In this document: positions 17,986 through 27,326 of the stretch, piece by piece
Position numbering within the stretch: position 1 is the stretch's first letter
How the letters are laid out: each line of letters opens with the position of its first letter
Virus record (IMG/VR): IMGVR_UViG_3300025150_000003
Location: 32,001-96,000 of that record
Source: a virus
DNA length: 64,000 nucleotides
Reading direction: 5' to 3' (one strand)
Position numbers and translations under genes: made by a program
The notes under the pieces: generated by a model
Database searches by the model: none
Told to the model about the DNA's origin: nothing
The model's input: only the letters and a program-made list of their open reading frames with translations

Positions 17986-18640
17986 CGTCCACCTTTTTGC
18001 TGCCACCCAGCACGATGGTGGCACCGATTTGAACCACTCGCACCGTGGACTTCACGGGGGGAGCCCATGGATCACGTTCTGCCAGGGGTGGTTTCCTATC
18101 CGAGGCGGAAGGGAGTCCCCCTAACATCACCTCACCACGGTCCGGGGTGTTACCAGCTCGCGGCAGAACAACAGGTCCCTTTCGGGGGGGAGGGGTGAAA
18201 GGCACAGGAGGATCTTCGTCATCCTGTGCCTCAGAAAGGTCCTCCTCTTCGATGAGGTCTTCTTCCGGTTCGGAGGGTTGCCCATATTGCTGGACAGCCT
18301 CCTCGACCAGTTGGGTGGTGGTCTTTTCAGTGATCCTTCCGTTGGCGGAGGTGACATCAGGAACAGACCAATCCCCCCTCTGGGAACTGATCTCCATCTT
18401 GACGGCCTTCTCCAGAAGGTCCTGGAAGTTGAGACCCGCAATCTGAGCGTACTTCGGGATACCCAGGTCTGCTGAGGGCATCCCGAAGTAGTGTTCCCGC
18501 CAGGTGGCCTGACGACGACTCATGGGGTCTTTCGCCAGGTCACACTTCACCTGGGAGCACCGAGCACACCAGACGTCCTGAAACGACTTTGCGTCGGTCC
18601 TCAGATCCCCGGTGTTACAGGTGGCAAGGTAATCACTCAT
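17978..18640 (-). CDS. hypothetical protein (Cys cluster N-term, acidic/Pro-rich C-term)
   Basis: Packed ORF. Confidence 0.65.
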   Translation of the reverse strand: MSDYLATCNTGDLRTDAKSFQDVWCARCSQVKCDLAKDPMSRRQATWREHYFGMPSADLGIPKYAQIAGLNFQDLLEKAVKMEISSQRGDWSVPDVTSANGRITEKTTTQLVEEAVQQYGQPSEPEEDLIEEEDLSEAQDDEDPPVPFTPPPRKGPVVLPRAGNTPDRGEVMLGGLPSASDRKPPLAERDPWAPPVKSTVRVVQIGATIVLGGSKKVDDD

Positions 18641-19040
18641 CTTCCTCGCGCTTTGTCCAAGCGGCGGGTTCATGGGATCCCGCCGTCCCCGGCCGGCGGA
18701 AAATGTTGGCCATGTGGCGGTTACGAGGAGACGCCTCCCCCTGGGCCGAATCTACAACAGGCGTCTCGGTCCCATCAGGCGCCAGCAAGTAGGGTCCCCG
18801 AGTCTTCCAGACCACCTTGCGACGATGTGGGCAACTCAGACAGGGAGTCTCCGCCATGTCAAGCTGGCCACAGATCTTGGTCCAGAGATTCAGCCGGTTG
18901 TACTGTGCCTGATCGATGGCAGCATTGGCTCGAAGGTTCTCTGCATCCTCACCCGCCCCCGGCGGGGGAAAGGTTTTCCAGTGGACGCAGATGTACGTCT
19001 CTTTGCTGTTGCCTTCACCGACGACTTTAAGCGACCTCAT
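18633..19040 (-). CDS. hypothetical protein
   Basis: Packed ORF with Cys/His motifs. Confidence 0.6.
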   Translation of the reverse strand: MRSLKVVGEGNSKETYICVHWKTFPPPGAGEDAENLRANAAIDQAQYNRLNLWTKICGQLDMAETPCLSCPHRRKVVWKTRGPYLLAPDGTETPVVDSAQGEASPRNRHMANIFRRPGTAGSHEPAAWTKREEDE

Positions 19041-19081
19041 TCTGTACCACCTCGTTGGAGCGACAGCCTATCCTACCCACT

Positions 19082-22000
19082 TCATAGCTTCGCGTCGTGT
19101 GCCAGATAGTAGAACTGCTGATCGTTCACCAGGCAATCCCCATTTCCGGTCCACCAACCGTCCAGCACTGTACCGTCCGGCAGGAGGAGACGGAGCTTCC
19201 GCGTGCCTTTGTTTTTGCAGGCACGGATGACCACCGCCAGTTTGTGCAAGGTGGGCACCGTCAGCGGTGCGTGCAGGACAAAGTCGTAATACCCTCCGGA
19301 GTTGAGCCCCTTGGGGGGTGTGAACTCCGAAACCTGAGGCTCCGGTACGAGGGTGAGCAGTGGGGCCTTCACCACAACCGTGGCTTTATCCTCAGCGGCT
19401 ACTGGTGCCTCCACCTCGGACGAGACCGGCGGGACTGCCCGCTCAGGGGCATCTGAGTAGGTCGTCACGGTTCCTCCCGTTGCGCTTCCCAGGTTCTTGA
19501 ATACCTTGCGCAGTGTCTCGGGGAAACTATGAGGCATGGCCTCCCACTCCGCCTTCTTCTGGGCATGGGCAGCGACGGCATCACTGAATGCCGAGGGAGA
19601 ATCGAAGTCCTTGCGGTCAGGGCTACGTGGCTCCTTGACCTTCTTGTCACCATCGAACCGCACCTCTCGAAACTGCATTGCGTTAAGGTCCCAGGAGACG
19701 GTCCAGTCGCGACCGATCTCACAGTCCGTCGTCAGCGGAACTGGCCACCGTTGGGACAGGATGAACGGGTTGCTGGTCATGATCGGAACGATCTCAGCGA
19801 TCGCTTGTTCGAGGATGCTCTCGTGAACCTCGAACACCAACTCGTCGTGCATCGACGCGATGAGCCGGCAGGTATCAAGCCAGCCCCTCTTCTTGCAGTG
19901 CTTGTAGACCAGAGCCATCGCGATCTTGATCACGTCAGCGCCTGATCCCTGAATGGGACCGTTGACCGAGTTGCGCTCCGCCTTGGACCGGAAACCACCA
20001 TCCGCCGAATGGATGTCGGGGACGGGATAGATTCGACCGAGTGCAGTCGTCACAAACCCATGTTGATGAGCAAAGCGATGTTGTCCTGCCCACCAGTTCT
20101 TCAGCCCGGTGTACGTCCCATCGAACTGGTTCTTGATTCGCCACCCTTCGTTTTTGTCCACCGAACAGGCTCGGACGACCGCATTACCACCGCCACCGTA
20201 GCAAAGGGCGAAGTTCACACCCTTTGCGTTGCCTCGAAGCTGTTTCCACTCAGGCCGACGCATCGCGTCATCCCCATAGATGGACAGAGCCGTCAGAGTG
20301 TGAAGGTCACCAATCTTGTCGGAGCCACAGTTGGGGCAGCGGGCGGGCGGGGCCTTGGGCGTCACACTCCCATCCCCTCGGGAGAACGAACGACCACATC
20401 CACTACACCGGAAGAACTCTTCCAGCCACTTGGGCTCGCGGGACAGGTTGGTGACGAGTCTCAACTCCTCGCCGCTGAAGTCGATGGCGACGAGGAAGTG
20501 CTCCGGCCGAGCCACGACACACTCGCGAAGTCGAGTCATGCAGGCGGGGCGGCGAGGGTCATAGGTGGCGGGCATCGACTGGAGATTGATCTCGGGCCAG
20601 CCTGGGATCCGTTTCGTCTTGACCGTGGACAGCTCTCGCTCGCGGGCGGGCGTGGAAAACCGTCCGGTATTCACCTTGTGAGCGTTGAAATTGATCCGCA
20701 TCGTGAAATCGTTGGGATCTACGTCTTCGAGCATCGGAAACAGGTAGCCGGACAGAGCCTTGTTGGTCTCTCGGAACCGGCGGATCTTGGCCATGAATGG
20801 AAAACGGTCGGCGGCGTTCTCGATGATCTGTTCGAGCACGTCCTTAGCCGTCTTGACCTGCCATTTCCCCTTGTCGGCGTTCTCCTGGGACTTCTCGGTG
20901 AAAACCAGGCCAGGGACCTGCATCTCCTGGAACATCTGACCCAACTGCTTGGGGGCATTCACGTCGTAGATGATCGGCCACTTCAAGCCATCGGACTCAG
21001 CGAGACCCACAGGGTTGGGGAAGAAGCGGTCCTGGAACGATTTGGCTCGTGTCACCTGCTCCGCCAGCAGGTTCAGCGGGTCATCCGCCACGAACCCACC
21101 TTCGTCGGGACCTGGCCGGTTGTTCTTCAGCACCTTGTAGTAACCGGGCATCACGTCCCGGCCCAGGATCTCACTGGCCGCCGCATAGACATCCATGATC
21201 GAATCGAACCACTCTTGCTGGCCGAGCTGGATCAACTCCATGACCACCTTGGGGCTCGTCGGGATGAGGTTGCGCTCCATCCAGCGAATGGCCGTCACGC
21301 AACCCTTCTCGATGCGATAGATCTGCTGCTGGCTGAATCCGTGATCGGGTGTCAGTACGGCTGGCAGGAGCAGATCACAGAGGAGCCAGGTGCAGATCGC
21401 ATCCGAGCACCCGTAGATCCGGGGTCCCTTCTCCGAAGGGTCAAGAAGTGAGAAGTCCAGTTGGTGCTTGGGATGATCCTCGGGGAACAACTCCTCCAGC
21501 TCCAGCATCTTCATCCCGAGCCCTGGGCCTCCACAGACATGCGTCTGATCTGCATCGGTTGGGGCCTCCGAGAGGGACTTGAGCCCCTTACGCCGAGACC
21601 GGCTGAACCGGAGGTACGCCAGAATGAGGGTGTCTTCCCAGCGTTTCGTATTGTCCCACTTGCCGTAGGGCTCCCCACCGTGGAACTCCAAGAACTCCTG
21701 GTCGAACTTGGCGTTGTGAAACACGCCGACAACCTGGTCATTGTCCACCGCATCCATCAGGCGGCGGAACTCCCGGTCGAACAGGCTCCATGGGATGTTG
21801 TGTTGTGCCCCTTTCTGGTGAGCAATCGGGATGTACCATCCCGTGATCCCATCCCCGGACAGGCAGACCCCGACGATCTTGTCCTTGGTGGACTTCGTTA
21901 CTGGATCAACCCGGTTGTCAATGCCCGTGGTCTCAAGGTCAATCGCCACTCGGCCGTGCTTGGCGTTGATGCAGGCGTCGATGCACTCTGTGATGTTCTC

Positions 22001-22096
22001 GGGGGTTACAAGAATGAAGTTGAAATCACCTGATTCCATCCACTCTTGATACTTGATCACCCTCCGGGTATCGAACAGCTCGAACAGATCCATCAC
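19082..22096 (-). CDS. polA: family A DNA polymerase with 3'-5' exonuclease
   Basis: Exo IDLETTG, FHNAKFD, YGCSDA; TGRFS, NLQS, motif A DFSGEELR, motif B KGVNFALCYG, NGPIQGSGAD, motif C MHDELVFE. Confidence 0.95.
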   Translation of the reverse strand: MMDLFELFDTRRVIKYQEWMESGDFNFILVTPENITECIDACINAKHGRVAIDLETTGIDNRVDPVTKSTKDKIVGVCLSGDGITGWYIPIAHQKGAQHNIPWSLFDREFRRLMDAVDNDQVVGVFHNAKFDQEFLEFHGGEPYGKWDNTKRWEDTLILAYLRFSRSRRKGLKSLSEAPTDADQTHVCGGPGLGMKMLELEELFPEDHPKHQLDFSLLDPSEKGPRIYGCSDAICTWLLCDLLLPAVLTPDHGFSQQQIYRIEKGCVTAIRWMERNLIPTSPKVVMELIQLGQQEWFDSIMDVYAAASEILGRDVMPGYYKVLKNNRPGPDEGGFVADDPLNLLAEQVTRAKSFQDRFFPNPVGLAESDGLKWPIIYDVNAPKQLGQMFQEMQVPGLVFTEKSQENADKGKWQVKTAKDVLEQIIENAADRFPFMAKIRRFRETNKALSGYLFPMLEDVDPNDFTMRINFNAHKVNTGRFSTPARERELSTVKTKRIPGWPEINLQSMPATYDPRRPACMTRLRECVVARPEHFLVAIDFSGEELRLVTNLSREPKWLEEFFRCSGCGRSFSRGDGSVTPKAPPARCPNCGSDKIGDLHTLTALSIYGDDAMRRPEWKQLRGNAKGVNFALCYGGGGNAVVRACSVDKNEGWRIKNQFDGTYTGLKNWWAGQHRFAHQHGFVTTALGRIYPVPDIHSADGGFRSKAERNSVNGPIQGSGADVIKIAMALVYKHCKKRGWLDTCRLIASMHDELVFEVHESILEQAIAEIVPIMTSNPFILSQRWPVPLTTDCEIGRDWTVSWDLNAMQFREVRFDGDKKVKEPRSPDRKDFDSPSAFSDAVAAHAQKKAEWEAMPHSFPETLRKVFKNLGSATGGTVTTYSDAPERAVPPVSSEVEAPVAAEDKATVVVKAPLLTLVPEPQVSEFTPPKGLNSGGYYDFVLHAPLTVPTLHKLAVVIRACKNKGTRKLRLLLPDGTVLDGWWTGNGDCLVNDQQFYYLAHDAKL

Positions 22097-22119
22097 CCCT
22101 CCGTTGGTCTTGGTCTATT

Positions 22120-22599
22120 CTACCTACCCCGACCGATGACGAACTCGGCCCCCTCGACAACCACGACGTACTGGCCCTCGACCCAGGCCAATGTTACGAG
22201 AGCCATTGCTCGCCGGGCTTCCTGCACCCCTTCCGGGGACCAACACTCCGGCAGTTTCTTGCACCGGGGATGGCACCGCTTCGGGTCGTGCATCACACAC
22301 GAGTTGGCGAGGCTGCACACGTTGTGGGGATCAGGGATGTGTAGGAGTTGGTGCTGAGGCTCTGGCCCCAAGGACTCCGCCAACGGTCTCATCCACCCGT
22401 GAAGAGCGTGACTCATGGCCTCACCGGTCACGATGGGGATGAGGGTGGCAAACTCAGGTACAAGACGCAAAGGAGCCAGCTCCCCCCAGGGGTCGATGAT
22501 GAGGTCTTCACCGACTCTCACCTCAGAGGGGACGGGGCGTAGGATGCGAACGACCCCACCCAGTGAGCCCAAGTCGAGGCTGAACTGCTGGAGTCTCAC
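22120..22599 (-). CDS. hypothetical Cys-rich protein
   Basis: Between primase Zn finger and polymerase, overlapping start/stop. Confidence 0.65.
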   Translation of the reverse strand: MRLQQFSLDLGSLGGVVRILRPVPSEVRVGEDLIIDPWGELAPLRLVPEFATLIPIVTGEAMSHALHGWMRPLAESLGPEPQHQLLHIPDPHNVCSLANSCVMHDPKRCHPRCKKLPECWSPEGVQEARRAMALVTLAWVEGQYVVVVEGAEFVIGRGR

Positions 22600-23222
22600 T
22601 CCAACTCCGCCTGAAGATCCTTGAGAATGTCGAGGATACGTTCTCGCAGAGCTGCAAGAACCTGACGGCCCTTCGCCTCATGCCAGACGCCACCATCCCC
22701 GTGAGGACCACGGACGTGATAGAAGGCCTTGTCGAAGGCTTCCCAGAAGCTCAGGAGCCGTTCCAAAGGAAGCTCCCTATCCGTGGTCAGGCCATCGAGG
22801 AGAGCTTTCACCCGTTTGACCTCATCGTCAAACGTCACCCGCTGGTCGAGTTGCTCCTGCATCTCGTGCAGGGCGGTCTCCCCCCTCTCGTCAGCCCCAT
22901 AGTCTACAGGGAGGGGGTCCAGCCCATTGGACTGCTCCAGAATCTTGACGGCTTGCCAGAACCCGATGCCCTGCTTGGTCCGCAGAGTCTCGATGGCATC
23001 ACGGGTGATACCACAAGCGAAGCAGTACCAGGTGTTGCTATCAGGATAGACGCGGGCCGAAGGCTTGTTGTCATGACCGGTGCCGTGGAGGTCACACCGG
23101 AACTGCTGTTCACGGTCCCCACCATCCTCCCGGACATCATAGCCTAGAGCGGCCAGCACCTGGATGATGGGAACCTTCTCACGGATACGTTCAACGGATG
23201 CACGGGCTCTGTTGTTGCTCAT
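22596..23222 (-). CDS. CHC2 zinc-finger (DnaG primase N-terminal-like) protein
   Basis: CDLH...DNKPSARVY...WYCFACG..DAI. Confidence 0.85.
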   Translation of the reverse strand: MSNNRARASVERIREKVPIIQVLAALGYDVREDGGDREQQFRCDLHGTGHDNKPSARVYPDSNTWYCFACGITRDAIETLRTKQGIGFWQAVKILEQSNGLDPLPVDYGADERGETALHEMQEQLDQRVTFDDEVKRVKALLDGLTTDRELPLERLLSFWEAFDKAFYHVRGPHGDGGVWHEAKGRQVLAALRERILDILKDLQAELE

Positions 23223-23261
23223 GCTCCGTTCTACCCGAGCCAGGCTCGGGAGGACCTACCT

Positions 23262-23314
23262 TGTTCACGCGCAACCCTTGTTCACGCGGCGTGAACAGGC
23301 TCAAATCGTGAACA
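23262..23314. repeat. four TGTTCACG boxes in dyad symmetry
   Basis: 23262-69, 23279-86 (+) and 23290-97, 23307-14 (-). Confidence 0.8.
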
Positions 23315-23315
23315 A

Positions 23316-23717
23316 CTACTTGTGGGGATCCCAACCCTTCTCGGTGTACCACGACTGGAACTGGTTCAGGGCTTCCTGAAACAGAGCCACCTGGCGGTTC
23401 TTCCAGCCGCGACCCGTTCCCGCATCGCCCACCAGGACCAGGTGGCCCGTGGAGCTGTAGCTCTGACGTTCGTCACCCGACTTGAACCAGTAGACCTTGC
23501 GGCCATAGGTCCGGGCAACCCTGGGTCCCCAACCCGCGAACCCGCCAGGCTGGAGGCGGCGAGCAGTCAGCATCACCCCACCCTCGTCCGTGGCCAGAAA
23601 CTTGGTTTGGAGGACATCGTTGAGCCGAGAGACCACAGCCTCTCGGTTCTCCCGAGAGTCCACTTTGTCCGAGTTGGGGGCTCCGATCCAGAAGGTCATC
23701 TCATCTCCTTGGTGCAT
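23316..23717 (-). CDS. hypothetical protein
   Basis: Downstream of motif A. Confidence 0.6.
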   Translation of the reverse strand: MHQGDEMTFWIGAPNSDKVDSRENREAVVSRLNDVLQTKFLATDEGGVMLTARRLQPGGFAGWGPRVARTYGRKVYWFKSGDERQSYSSTGHLVLVGDAGTGRGWKNRQVALFQEALNQFQSWYTEKGWDPHK

Positions 23718-23719
23718 CC

Positions 23720-23750
23720 CTACTACGGGGGAACCTACACAGTTGAGCCC
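23720..23750 (-). promoter_or_regulatory. motif A
   Basis: Exact consensus. Confidence 0.75.
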
Positions 23751-23798
23751 TCCGAGTAGATCCTTTCGAGGTCCTCGGAGGCTTTCTCCATGGCCTGC

Positions 23799-23987
23799 TT
23801 AGCCATAGCCCAGCGGTTGTGAGCGGCCACCCACCCACCCCGGAGTGGGGTATTTCCGGTAGTCCCTATCACACTCAGAGCGTTTCCGGCAAAACACCCA
23901 CTGGAGATGCTTGTGGCAGGCTGTGCGTGTAGCCTTGGCCTCTTGAAGAGCGACGTAGGCCGCCCCCACTCGTTCCAGGTAGTTCAC
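23799..23987 (-). CDS. hypothetical protein
   Basis: Start overlaps upstream stop. Confidence 0.4.
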   Translation of the reverse strand: MNYLERVGAAYVALQEAKATRTACHKHLQWVFCRKRSECDRDYRKYPTPGWVGGRSQPLGYG

Positions 23988-24685
23988 AGATCAACCTCGT
24001 GCAGCAGGCAGTGCCCTGCCCCGTTGTAGAACTTGATCCCTCGCTCCTCGGCCTGCTGGCCACCATCAGGATGACTGTGCCCAAAGAAGTGATGCGTGAT
24101 CCGGTGCTCCCGGGTGAACAGAGCATCCGCGAGAGGCTGCATCCCGTACCCAGGCTCGCTGTCCAGTATGCCCCGTGGTGGGCCGTGCGTGATGAGGACC
24201 TGGGGGTCACAAGCGAAAGCTCGCTCGATGTGAGGCATCAGGTCATCCGTCTCACCTGCCCAATGGTGACTGCTCTTGTCCCCTTGCACGATGGGGTTGA
24301 TCTGGCGGAAACCAGCGAACCGGATCCCCAGAACCTCGACCATCGGCTGGTCATCGGTGATCTCGTAGACCGTGACCCCGTAGTGGCGAAGGAACTCGGT
24401 GGGGCTGTAGAAGTCGTGGTTGCCCCCGATGTAGAGCACCGGGCAGCCGTTCAAGTCACCGGCCCACTTCTTGGCGTGATCCCGAAACCAGTTCCTCTGG
24501 TACTTCCGCTCATGGGCTGGGCTGATGACCTTGTCGCACCCATAGATCCCATAGTTCGGAACCCAGCCCTTGTTGCCGAAGATGTCCCCCGTGAGGGTCA
24601 GCAAGTCGGCTGACATCCCTGCCACCTGCCGAACGATGCTCGGACGGGCGTGAGTGTCACTGGCGTGGGCGATACGGATCTTCAT
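23984..24685 (-). CDS. metallophosphoesterase (calcineurin-like)
   Basis: SDTH, GD, GNHD, THGPP, FGHSH. Confidence 0.9.
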   Translation of the reverse strand: MKIRIAHASDTHARPSIVRQVAGMSADLLTLTGDIFGNKGWVPNYGIYGCDKVISPAHERKYQRNWFRDHAKKWAGDLNGCPVLYIGGNHDFYSPTEFLRHYGVTVYEITDDQPMVEVLGIRFAGFRQINPIVQGDKSSHHWAGETDDLMPHIERAFACDPQVLITHGPPRGILDSEPGYGMQPLADALFTREHRITHHFFGHSHPDGGQQAEERGIKFYNGAGHCLLHEVDL

Positions 24686-24704
24686 ACTGGTACTACGGAC
24701 GTAG

Positions 24705-24956
24705 TCAGGGTTCTGAGCCCTGCTCAGCGAAGGACTTGTGAGATCCACAGAACCACTGTCCGTTCACAGCAGCGCAGGGGCACTGGTTCATCCAATCCTC
24801 CCGCTTGTACCTGGTGGGGTACTGGCAACGGATCCTGATCCCGTGCGCCGTTGCCTTGTACACGTTGAACTGGTTGACCACAGCCATCTTGGGACGGTCG
24901 TGTGCGGGCTTGGTAGGGAAACTCGTGTCTTTCACGACTACACCATCCCGATGCAC
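24705..24956 (-). CDS. hypothetical protein
   Basis: Small Cys-containing ORF; start uncertain. Confidence 0.4.
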   Translation of the reverse strand: MHRDGVVVKDTSFPTKPAHDRPKMAVVNQFNVYKATAHGIRIRCQYPTRYKREDWMNQCPCAAVNGQWFCGSHKSFAEQGSEP

Positions 24957-25246
24957 TTGTCACAGACAGCACAGTGACGCACATCGTAGGGCATCCCTGC
25001 CACGTCGTAGAAGAACTCGTGTGGGCACGCCGCCTCGCCGATTTGCACCTTCTTGATAGCGGCATCCCGGATGGTGCGAAGCTGGTTGAGATGCTCAAAC
25101 GTCTCCTGAATCAAAACCAGACTCTCAGAACTGGCTTCGGCGATCTTGCTCTGGTCACCATCAGGGTTGAAGAAGAACTTCTGGGGTCGTGACACTGAGG
25201 GACTCCTATCGGAAGTAGTCGTGAGCCCAGGCGAACTGGAACCCAC
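24938..25246 (-). CDS. hypothetical protein
   Basis: C-terminal CPH...CAVC; start probably internal GTG. Confidence 0.45.
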   Translation of the reverse strand: MGSSSPGLTTTSDRSPSVSRPQKFFFNPDGDQSKIAEASSESLVLIQETFEHLNQLRTIRDAAIKKVQIGEAACPHEFFYDVAGMPYDVRHCAVCDKCIGMV

Positions 25247-26189
25247 AGCGCTGTGCGAAGGTCTGATCCGTCTTCAGGTCCCCAACGCAGATACACTGGG
25301 CAGGGTCGAGCTTGTGCTGCTCGATGAGCAACACTCCCATCCCAGGCATCGGCTTGCGCAAGAAGGTCTGGGGCGGGCCGCCACGCTCCGTGGCGTAAAG
25401 CACCCGGTCGAACTTGATCCCGAGACCCTTCTCAGTCGCCTCGATGCTCGCCTGCACGTTGGCATCGGAGACGTACTTGGCATCCCCGGGCGGGCGACTC
25501 ACACCCGACTGGTTGCTCACCGCGAAGATGAGCCAGCCTTCGGCCTGACGGCGCTGAAGCAGATCGCGGCGTCCGTCGAGGATGATGACCTCACTCGGGT
25601 CACGGGGATAGGGGCACTCCTTCTCGTCCGGCGTCGTGCGAAGGGTTCCATCCAGGTCAAGGATCAGAGCCCGCTTCGTGTATTCAGCTCCCCACACCGT
25701 CTTGACCGTGATCTCCTCGATGGACGAGAAGCCCTCGTCCATCGACGGGTCCGTCATCGCCTTCACGAAGGCGTACTGAACCCCCGGCTGGAACATATTG
25801 GGGTCGTTACAGTAGGGCTTCTCGTCGTAGTCGGTCTTCGACAGGACCTTGCCATACCGCTGCACCTGCCGGCGAGCCGCGAACACCTGGGCCTGCTCGA
25901 TAGGCACCTGGAACCAGAGCACCCGCACGGGGAGATCCAGCTCCTTGGCGACCTGCATCAACACCTCCCGGTGCTCCTTGCGGGTGTAGGTGTTGTCGAG
26001 GATGAACTGACGGTCTCCCGCACGGTAGCAGTCCCGCAGGAACCCGTAGATCAGGGCGGTGGGGCTGTTCAGGACCCCACCGATGGCATCCCGGTTCAGT
26101 CGGCGGTAACCCTTGGCGAGCAAGGCCTTGACGTAGGTGCTCTTGCCGCAGCCGGGGATCCCGACGGTGATGACGATCTCAGGAGTCAT
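25206..26189 (-). CDS. polynucleotide kinase / 3'-phosphatase
   Basis: N-term P-loop GIPGCGKST, RD, DNT; C-term HAD LDLDGT, SNQSG, RKP.PGM, VGD. Confidence 0.9.
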   Translation of the reverse strand: MTPEIVITVGIPGCGKSTYVKALLAKGYRRLNRDAIGGVLNSPTALIYGFLRDCYRAGDRQFILDNTYTRKEHREVLMQVAKELDLPVRVLWFQVPIEQAQVFAARRQVQRYGKVLSKTDYDEKPYCNDPNMFQPGVQYAFVKAMTDPSMDEGFSSIEEITVKTVWGAEYTKRALILDLDGTLRTTPDEKECPYPRDPSEVIILDGRRDLLQRRQAEGWLIFAVSNQSGVSRPPGDAKYVSDANVQASIEATEKGLGIKFDRVLYATERGGPPQTFLRKPMPGMGVLLIEQHKLDPAQCICVGDLKTDQTFAQRCGFQFAWAHDYFR

Positions 26190-26308
26190 TGCAGAACCTA
26201 TCTCCTAGATAGGGGTGGGCTACCAGATGAAGGACGGATACCAGTGGTCGCACTCAATCTCCATCCTCAGAATCTCAAACCTCATGCTCGCCTCTCTTGT
26301 TGATGACC

Positions 26309-26339
26309 CTACTACGCCTGTGGATCAGGAGTTGAGCCC
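26309..26339 (-). promoter_or_regulatory. motif A
   Basis: Exact consensus. Confidence 0.75.
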
Positions 26340-26608
26340 TTGGAGTTCATATAGGGTTCCACTAGGAGCGTTATCACGTTCCAGGCCTCCCGGTGACCAG
26401 AAGCGGGCACCTCGCCATAGACACCCTTGTCGGCGTACCGCACCAGGGGGGTGCCTTCGAGCCAGAGCCAGAGCTTGTCATGATCGCTCGTGACGTAGAT
26501 GCCCTTGAAATCCAGTACCGCCCCCTGGTCATCCCGAGGCATCTGCCGGAACTCCTCGAACAGAGCTTCGATGCGTGGGTCTGCGGTCACTGGTCCTCCG
26601 AGAGCCAC
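26312..26608 (-). CDS. hypothetical protein
   Basis: Packed ORF. Confidence 0.5.
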   Translation of the reverse strand: MALGGPVTADPRIEALFEEFRQMPRDDQGAVLDFKGIYVTSDHDKLWLWLEGTPLVRYADKGVYGEVPASGHREAWNVITLLVEPYMNSKGSTPDPQA

Positions 26609-27060
26609 GCGGGGTTGCGCTTGAGAGCCTCGGACCAGTACCAGAGCGTCTGCTTGCCCACGCGGCCTCCCACCTCAGCCTTGACGTACTCGAAGAAGTC
26701 GTAGGCGGGGTCGTTGAGCCCACAGCGGCACAGGCACCGCAGGACTCGGGTGATGCGCAGGTGGTTGTGATCCACGGGCTGACGCCACGCGGTCGTGTTG
26801 TCGAGGAACGCGATGTACCTGCCCAGCAGGGCGAGCATCCGTGCCTTGAGCACCGGATCCATCGAGATCACGTCGTAGTCACTCTGGGTGGCGACGGGGC
26901 TGGTGGGCTGAGCCTGGGAGGGCTCGGGCAGAGGAAATGCCCACTGGATGTGGCCATGACATTGCTCCCAGAACTCGTCGTCGTAACCGAGAATGTCAGA
27001 CAAGGTGAGCCCAATTGAGTTGGGCTCATCACCTCGGAGGAAGTCGATGATGTCGCTCAT
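26587..27060 (-). CDS. OGFr-like (opioid growth factor receptor conserved region) protein
   Basis: E..H..IQW.FP..E.S and HNHLRITRVLRCL. Confidence 0.8.
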   Translation of the reverse strand: MSDIIDFLRGDEPNSIGLTLSDILGYDDEFWEQCHGHIQWAFPLPEPSQAQPTSPVATQSDYDVISMDPVLKARMLALLGRYIAFLDNTTAWRQPVDHNHLRITRVLRCLCRCGLNDPAYDFFEYVKAEVGGRVGKQTLWYWSEALKRNPAWLSEDQ

Positions 27061-27254
27061 GGGGCCTCCAGCTTCGCGACCACCGGTCGCCAACAGGGGT
27101 CGATGGTAGCCGCGTAGCCCACGGCGTCCTCACGGGTGGGGAACCCTGACCTGGTGGCCAGGGCCTCATCACCGAGATGGTCGGGGTGACCCAGGTAGAT
27201 GACGACCCAGGTGCCCTCAGCCATCGCTACACGGTTGAATCGGTTGTTGCCCAT
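27057..27254 (-). CDS. hypothetical protein
   Basis: Packed ORF. Confidence 0.5.
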   Translation of the reverse strand: MGNNRFNRVAMAEGTWVVIYLGHPDHLGDEALATRSGFPTREDAVGYAATIDPCWRPVVAKLEAP

Positions 27255-27326
27255 CAGGGGATCTTCACGCCGAAGCGGACTCGGAGGTTGAAGAGCAGTT
27301 GCTCCTTTTCTGGTTGGGGTTGATGT

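Noticed and set aside
20009-21451. Long plus-strand ORFs (e.g. 480 aa here, 25146..26303, 55898..57073)
   Set aside because: Antisense shadows of well-supported minus-strand genes, expected in GC3-biased DNA; no motifs
26195-26213. Additional motif B copy upstream of PNKP
   Set aside because: CCTAT present but second box does not match at N11; it is part of a small hairpin
27007-27027. Palindrome GAGCCCA-N7-TGGGCTC resembling motif A half-sites
   Set aside because: Inside the OGFr-like CDS and lacks the CGTAGTAG box at N14
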